Below the pieces are notes generated by a model. That model saw nothing but the letters and a program-made list of their open reading frames with translations. It searched no databases and was not told where the DNA came from. The position numbers were made by a program, and so were the translations under genes. From Candidatus Staskawiczbacteria bacterium (GTDB lineage: Bacteria > Patescibacteriota > Minisyncoccia > Minisyncoccales > Staskawiczbacteraceae), in the NCBI GenBank assembly GCA_903831095.1, contig CAIKWD010000029.1:1-41940 (forward strand): 41,940 nt of DNA. The letters run 5' to 3'. Of the stretch, positions 36,668 through 41,940 are shown piece after piece. How positions within the stretch are numbered: position 1 is the stretch's first letter; each line of letters starts with the position of its first letter.

Positions 36668-37639
36668 TTAGATGGCAGTTTTTTCTTTAATTAAGTCGTT
36701 GAGGATTTTTTTAATGGCTGTAATGCTGTCGGGGTCAATTATGGATATTGGGATGATTGTTTTTTTTAGTTTTTTGAATTTGGCTTTTATTTTTGTAATT
36801 TCTTTTTTTTCTATTTCATCGCTCTTGCTCAAGAAAATGTATTCTGTTTTTTCCAGTAGGGCAGGGTTGTAAGCTTCTAGTTCTGCTCTGACAGTTTTGT
36901 AGTCTTTTATTGGATCTTCAGATTCAGCAGAAACAAAGTGAAACAAAACTTTTGTGCGTTCTACGTGGCGCAAAAATTTTATGCCAAGGCCTTTGCCAGC
37001 TGAAGCTCCTTCAATAAGCCCTGGAATGTCAGCTAATATTAAGTCGTAATATGTGCCAAGGTTTGGCTCTAAAGTAGTAAAAGCGTAATTGGCAACTTTG
37101 CTGTTGGCTTTTGTAAGTTCGTTAAGCATGCTGGACTTTCCGGCGTTTGGAAGCCCGATAAATCCAACGTCAGCAATCATTTTGAGTTCTAGAAATATTT
37201 CAAAATATTCTCCTTCAAGACCTGGTTGAGCTTGTATCGGGCTAGTGTTTGTTGCAGACCTGAAAAACCAGTTTCCCTTGCCTCCTTTTCCGCCCTTGGC
37301 AATTAACTCTCTTTGGCCAACCTTAGTAATTTCAATGTCCCTTCCAAGAGAAATATTATGGCAAACAGTACCCACGGGCACGTTTAGAGTAAAATCTTCA
37401 GCATTACTGCCGTCATGAAGCCCTGACTTTCCATTTTCTCCGTCTTGGGCTTTGTAGTCTTTCTTAAAGCGAAATTTTCGCAAAGCTCCAAGGTCGCTCA
37501 CGCCCTCAATATAAACATTTCCGCCAATACCTCCATTTCCTCCGGTAGGACCCAAAGCCCATTTTACTTTACTAAAAGTCACCATGCCTTTTCCGCCATG
37601 ACCAGCTTGAACTGTTATTTTTACTTCATCTACAATCAT
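36668..37639 (-). CDS. obgE: GTPase ObgE/CgtA
   Basis: Gly-rich Obg fold, LELKMIADVG.IGLPNAGKSS, ANYAFTTLEPNLG, DIPGLIEGAS.GKGLG..FLRHVER; terminator-like hairpin 36656-36684 overlaps the stop. Confidence 0.98.
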   Translation of the reverse strand: MIVDEVKITVQAGHGGKGMVTFSKVKWALGPTGGNGGIGGNVYIEGVSDLGALRKFRFKKDYKAQDGENGKSGLHDGSNAEDFTLNVPVGTVCHNISLGRDIEITKVGQRELIAKGGKGGKGNWFFRSATNTSPIQAQPGLEGEYFEIFLELKMIADVGFIGLPNAGKSSMLNELTKANSKVANYAFTTLEPNLGTYYDLILADIPGLIEGASAGKGLGIKFLRHVERTKVLFHFVSAESEDPIKDYKTVRAELEAYNPALLEKTEYIFLSKSDEIEKKEITKIKAKFKKLKKTIIPISIIDPDSITAIKKILNDLIKEKTAI

Positions 37640-37645
37640 TTGGTT

Positions 37646-37921
37646 TTATTTTGTTACGTATAAATTACAAAAGCAGTGCCCATCTTTTTTAACTTCGTCT
37701 AAGTGCCAGAAGCATGGGCAAATTTTCTTGGCATCTTCAGCTTTGTCTCCGGAAACTCTTCTGCATGGGCAGTATTTTTCTCCATGTTTTTCCTCATTCC
37801 TGAAAAGGCCGTCGGCTATTCTGTTTACCACTTTTTCGTCAGGGTTTAGCTTAATTCCAGCGCTTTCTGCATGTGCTAAAAACTCCTTTTTTAATTCGTC
37901 TATTTTAATTTGGTCTGCCAT
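37646..37921 (-). CDS. Ferredoxin:thioredoxin reductase catalytic-subunit-like protein
   Basis: YCPCR...ICPC...GHCFCNLY (CPC/CPC/CxC). Confidence 0.9.
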   Translation of the reverse strand: MADQIKIDELKKEFLAHAESAGIKLNPDEKVVNRIADGLFRNEEKHGEKYCPCRRVSGDKAEDAKKICPCFWHLDEVKKDGHCFCNLYVTK

Positions 37922-37922
37922 A

Positions 37923-38270
37923 TTATTCTTTAATGGCGTTTTCCAGCCATTCTTTAATTGAATTTTCCGGAACCAATCCTACAAATCCGTTTATTTGTTT
38001 TCCATTTTTCAATAAGGCAATGCAGGGGATTTTATCTACATTAAATTTTTGCGAGGCAATTGGAGCTTCGTCAACATTAACTTTTGCCAAAACAACTTTG
38101 TCCTTAAACTGCTCAGTTACTTTTTCCAAAATTGGGCCCAAAGTATTGCACGGCCCGCACCATGTTGCAAAAAAATCTACCAAGACAAATTTGTCTGCCT
38201 CGCCCGTAGGGCTACGGCCGAGGGTGGCTACTTCTTTCTCAAAATTTGCGTCTGTTAGATGAAGCGTCAT
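37923..38270 (-). CDS. trxA: Thioredoxin with a 9-codon palindromic insertion
   Basis: VLVDFFATWCGPC, AKVNVDE; extra residues in ATLGRSPTGEAD. Confidence 0.95.
   Translation of the reverse strand: MTLHLTDANFEKEVATLGRSPTGEADKFVLVDFFATWCGPCNTLGPILEKVTEQFKDKVVLAKVNVDEAPIASQKFNVDKIPCIALLKNGKQINGFVGLVPENSIKEWLENAIKE
38198..38224. mobile_element. 27-bp palindromic element inserted in-frame in trxA
   Basis: CCTCGCCCGTAGGGCTACGGCCGAGGG; related copies at 39682-39733. Confidence 0.8.
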
Positions 38271-38405
38271 CTTATTATTTTTAATGTTAATTATATACTC
38301 TTTACTATCTCATTTTTTTGGCAAAAAAGCAAAGGGCAAGGGGAGTATAAGTTACAAATCAAAAGCCGGAATTTTACTTCCGACTTTTGTCCATTGTTTA
38401 AATAG

Positions 38406-38732
38406 TTATCCTTCAATTGGAGCCAAAGTATAATCTTGTCCATTTTCACTTACCTTGTAGTCAAATTTGCTTTTGTCTATTGGGGCGTTTTCAGTTATAT
38501 AATTTTCGCTTTCCAAAGTGGTTATCATGTCGGCACTGCCTTCTGCATCTGGGTATCTGCCATGATCTACATAATACAAAGTTAAAGCTGTTTTAAACTG
38601 CTGTACATTTGTTTGTGCCACAGCCATGCTTGCACTAGCCAAAAGGTCTCCGGCTTTCACGGTTATTCCATTTATGGTCAAAGTCATTGTGGCTATTAAA
38701 ACTGTTGCCGACAAAAGTTTTGTTATTATCAT
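38406..38732 (-). CDS. Exported protein with GspG-like domain, no prepilin motif
   Basis: QFKTALTLYYVDHGRYP...L....YI...P.D...Y......DYTL; promoter TTGACA-18-TATAAT at 38758-38787; terminator 38361-38388. Confidence 0.75.
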   Translation of the reverse strand: MIITKLLSATVLIATMTLTINGITVKAGDLLASASMAVAQTNVQQFKTALTLYYVDHGRYPDAEGSADMITTLESENYITENAPIDKSKFDYKVSENGQDYTLAPIEG

Positions 38733-38842
38733 ATTTTTGTTATTTTATTATATATTAATTATACCACATATTAAGCATACTTGTCAATAGATAGATACAA
38801 TCAAAAACCCAAGGGGTTAGCCTTGGGTTTCGCGTTTATTTG

Positions 38843-39109
38843 TTAGCCTTCGTAATGTGTTTCTGGGTAGTTTCTGTAAATTTCCTTTTTCTTTGATTTT
38901 CCAGCAGACTTTTTTTCGTCTTCTGCTTTTACTGCAGTAAGCCAGGAAATAAAGGGAATTCTAAGCTTGTCCAAGCACCAGTTGTCGTCTTTCATTAAGG
39001 GCTTTTTTTCTTCCTTGAACTTATTTAGCATAGTTAGAGTAGCCCTCAAATTTGAAGGTGACAGCTTATTATGCTCTTCTAAAAATTGTTCTTTAGTAAT
39101 AAATACCAT
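38843..39109 (-). CDS. Hypothetical protein, 88 aa
   Basis: Clean ATG-TAA ORF followed by terminator at 38803-38830. Confidence 0.75.
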   Translation of the reverse strand: MVFITKEQFLEEHNKLSPSNLRATLTMLNKFKEEKKPLMKDDNWCLDKLRIPFISWLTAVKAEDEKKSAGKSKKKEIYRNYPETHYEG

Positions 39110-39218
39110 AGTGATTTTTTAGATTATTTAAGTATATTTGATAATAACATACTTTCTACAAAAAAACAAGAGCTGGCCTTGCGAATTGCTAAAATAAAAA
39201 AAGCCCGTTAAATTGGGC

Positions 39219-39587
39219 TTATATTAATGGCTGTGAAGGAATTTTAATATCTTTTATGAATTCAATTACCTTGGCAGAGAAATCTTCCCTTGAAGAAATT
39301 CTTTCCTTAAAGCGAAAATGTGACGGTATATTATCCCATTTTATGGATAGCTCTATTCGCATTTTTTCTTCTTCTGGTCCGGCAAATTCAAAAGAAAGCC
39401 TTTTAAATCCGTCTCCTAAAACGCTTTCATAGCAGGTTTCCTCTAATTCACAAATACAAAGTGAATCTTCCTTTGTTATGAGGAAACAATGATCAGTTCG
39501 GTATTTTTTGTTCTTAACTTGGACAAAAAACATTCCGTCTGGCAATATGCATTGTGGTTTAATTTTTTTTCGTGACTTCCTTTTCAC
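39219..39587 (-). CDS. Hypothetical protein, 122 aa
   Basis: GTG start with SD AGGAG, promoter TTGACA-17-TAATCT at 39645-39673, terminator 39196-39220. Confidence 0.7.
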   Translation of the reverse strand: MKRKSRKKIKPQCILPDGMFFVQVKNKKYRTDHCFLITKEDSLCICELEETCYESVLGDGFKRLSFEFAGPEEEKMRIELSIKWDNIPSHFRFKERISSREDFSAKVIEFIKDIKIPSQPLI

Positions 39588-39674
39588 TGTTTATTCTCCT
39601 ATTATTATTTTAATGTGCATTATTAATGAAATTTGGGATATTGTAGATTAACAGTAATAAGGTATTTTGTCAAT

Positions 39675-39759
39675 AAAAAACCCCTTGGCCGTAGCCCTCG
39701 GTCGTAACCTACGGGTGAGACCAACGGGCGAGGCGCCTCGGTAGGGAAGCGGTTTTTTT
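39675..39759. repeat. typA terminator region with two nested copies of the 27-bp element
   Basis: aaaaaaC-CCCTTGGCCGTAG-[CCCTCGGTCGTAACCTACGGGTGAGA]-CCAACGGGCGAGG...GGttttttt. Confidence 0.75.
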
Positions 39760-39765
39760 ATTATA

Positions 39766-41595
39766 TTAGTAGTCAAATTTTATTCCTTCGGCGGCACGCT
39801 CAGCTCTTTTGGCGTCTACTTCTTTCAAGTGTACTTTTCTTATGCGTACATTTTTTGGAGTAATTTCCACAAGTTCGTCGTCGCCAATGTATTCCAAAGC
39901 ATCTTCAAGCTCCATTGTTTTTGGAACTCTAAAATAATCCAAGCTGGCGTCTCCAACAGATCTGCAGTTTGAAAGCGCTTTTTCCTTGCAGACATTTATT
40001 CTTAAGTCGCTTGATCTGGCGTTTTGCCCTACAACTTGGCCCTCGTAAACTTCTACAGCTGGTCCAAAAAACAAAGTTCCTCTGCCTTGCAAGTTAACAA
40101 GTCCGTAAAGGTTGGTTGGCCCAGTACTAATTGAAACCAAAGAACCATGATCTCTTTCTTTCCAATTTCCTGGGTCTGGCATGTACTGGAAAAACACTGT
40201 GTTCATTATGCCAAGGCCTTTTGTGTCTGTTAGAAATTCATTTCTATATCCAAATAATCCCATGGTAGGAATAATAAATTCCAAGAATGCTGTGCCGTTG
40301 TTACTTCTCATTTCTTTTATTTCTCCTTTTCTTCCGCCCATTTTTTCCATGACAACTCCCTGATATTTTTCCGGAACCTCAATGAATATTTTTTCATAAG
40401 GAACCATTCGTTTTCCATCTATTTCTCTGACAATAACCTGTGGGCGTGAAACCTGGAATTCAAAGCCTTCTCTGCGCATTCTTTCAATTAAAATTGCCAA
40501 GTGCAATTCACCTCTGCCCGAAACTGTCCAATTGTTTTTGTCGTCTTCTACAACTCGCAAAGAAACATCAGTTTCCAATTCTTTAAAAAGTCTTTGTCTT
40601 ATTTGTCTTGTTGTTGAAAATTCTCCTTCCTTTCCGGCAAATGGGGAAGTGTTAACCATGAAAGTCATTTTGACTGTTGGTTCATCTATATTTATAAGTG
40701 GCAAGGCTTCTGGGTTTTCTAGGTCGGCAATTGTTTCTCCAATTGTTACGTCTTCTATACCTGCAATTGCAACAATGTCTCCGGCGTGAGATTCTGTTGC
40801 TTCAACTTTTCCAAGTCCTGAAAAAGTCATCAAAGAAGTTATTCTGCATTTTTTCTGTACGCCTGCTCTGTTTATGTGTGTTATGTCTTGGCCATTTTTA
40901 ATAACTCCGTTGTAAATTCTGCCAATAGCAATTCTGCCTTTAAAGTCGTCTGGGGCAATTGTGGTTACCAACATTTGTAAAGGTTTTTCTGCATCAGCAA
41001 TAGGGGAGGGTATATGTTGTATAATAGCGTCAAAAACTGGGTTAATGTCTGTCATTTTTGACAAGTCTGCTTCCAATCCAGCTTTTCCTTCGCGGCCCGA
41101 AGCGTAAATAACTGGAAAATCCAAACTGTGGTCTCCAGCGCCCAATTCCAAAAACAATTCCATTGTGGCCTCTAAAGCAAATTCACATCTGGCACCTGGC
41201 TTATCTATTTTGTTTACAACCACAATAATCTTGTGGCCCATTTCCAAAGCTTTTTTCAAGACAAATCTGGTTTGTGGCATTGGCCCTTCTTTAGCGTCAA
41301 TTAAAAGCAAACATCCGTCTGCCATATTTAAAACTCTTTCAACTTCTCCGCCAAAGTCAGCATGACCTGGTGTGTCAATTATGTTTATTTTTGTCTCGCC
41401 ATACATGACCGAGGCATTTTTTGAGAAGATAGTAATGCCTCTTTCTCTTTCAAGTTCATTACTGTCCATGATCATTTCCTGGGCTGCAACTTCTTTCTTC
41501 ATTTCTGTTTTACTCTGCCTCAAAAGCGCGTCCACCAGAGTGGTTTTGCCATGGTCAACGTGAGCGATTATTGCAATATTTCTAATTTTGTTCAT
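39766..41595 (-). CDS. typA: Translational GTPase TypA/BipA
   Basis: IRNIAIIAHVDHGKTTLVD, DTPGHADFGGEVER, GRGELHL.ILIE.MRREG, DDELVEITP. Confidence 0.98.
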   Translation of the reverse strand: MNKIRNIAIIAHVDHGKTTLVDALLRQSKTEMKKEVAAQEMIMDSNELERERGITIFSKNASVMYGETKINIIDTPGHADFGGEVERVLNMADGCLLLIDAKEGPMPQTRFVLKKALEMGHKIIVVVNKIDKPGARCEFALEATMELFLELGAGDHSLDFPVIYASGREGKAGLEADLSKMTDINPVFDAIIQHIPSPIADAEKPLQMLVTTIAPDDFKGRIAIGRIYNGVIKNGQDITHINRAGVQKKCRITSLMTFSGLGKVEATESHAGDIVAIAGIEDVTIGETIADLENPEALPLINIDEPTVKMTFMVNTSPFAGKEGEFSTTRQIRQRLFKELETDVSLRVVEDDKNNWTVSGRGELHLAILIERMRREGFEFQVSRPQVIVREIDGKRMVPYEKIFIEVPEKYQGVVMEKMGGRKGEIKEMRSNNGTAFLEFIIPTMGLFGYRNEFLTDTKGLGIMNTVFFQYMPDPGNWKERDHGSLVSISTGPTNLYGLVNLQGRGTLFFGPAVEVYEGQVVGQNARSSDLRINVCKEKALSNCRSVGDASLDYFRVPKTMELEDALEYIGDDELVEITPKNVRIRKVHLKEVDAKRAERAAEGIKFDY

Positions 41596-41748
41596 ATGAT
41601 TTTATTACTAAGCTATAATTATACAGCAAAAATTTACAAAAATCAAGTGCTTTTGCTTGACGGAGCAGTATTTTGTGTGATAGTGTAATTTATTCTAAAT
41701 AGATTGTTGTTTTAAAATTTTATATAGGAACCAAAAAAGGGAGGACGT

Positions 41749-41940
41749 ATGAAGAAGAGAGATAAAGTTTTGGTTGAATTTGGATCGCAATTAAGCGAAA
41801 TTGATGAAAAGATTGTCGGCCTTATGGCAGATAGAGCACGTGTGGTCGAAAAGGTTGCGCTTCACAAATTGGAAACTGGTCAGCCGCTTCTTAGGCCAGA
41901 AATTGAAGAAAAACGCCGGCTTGCTTGGATGAATTGGTCA
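41749..41940 (+). CDS. Chorismate mutase type II (AroQ)-like protein, 3'-truncated by window edge
   Basis: MKKRDKVLVEFGSQLSEIDEKIVGLMADRARVVEKVALHKLETGQPLLRPEIEEKR; SD GGGAGG; promoter TTGACG-18-TAGTGT at 41657-41686. Confidence 0.65.
   Translation, partial: MKKRDKVLVEFGSQLSEIDEKIVGLMADRARVVEKVALHKLETGQPLLRPEIEEKRRLAWMNWS

Noticed and set aside
1-41940. Alternative genetic code (TGA recoding as in Gracilibacteria/SR1)
   Set aside because: Long conserved genes translate full-length under code 11 without internal TGA

Overview
AT-rich bacterial chromosome segment in standard code 11. Gene content and synteny (ftsK-recA, rpsF-ssb-rpsR, trpS-rnj-tRNA-Leu-cupin GPI-SBP5-secG-holin-uvrC, lemA-htpX, dnaG-rpoD, obgE, typA), plus mostly SD-less core genes, suggest a Patescibacteria/CPR (Parcubacteria-like) organism; this is inference. 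No CRISPR array, prophage, integrase, transposase or reverse transcriptase is visible. Points of interest: (1) many short GC-rich palindromic elements, several with tandem G.A mismatches or GNA triloops, some nested, at least one inserted in-frame in a protein (thioredoxin, probably also FtsK), plus a 102-bp MITE with a TSD sitting in the ssb start codon; (2) an unannotated ~190-nt 6S-like RNA after recA; (3) accessory genes (aroB, chorismate-mutase-like, small orphans) in cassette-like units sharing promoter, boxA-like leader, strong SD and terminator; (4) a pilin plus 1540-aa papain/FG-GAP surface-protein island between uvrC and uvrA; (5) a stand-alone [FeFe]-hydrogenase-like domain near trx-FTR; (6) an OppA-family protein with an inserted peptidoglycan-binding domain. 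All structures and family calls were made by eye.
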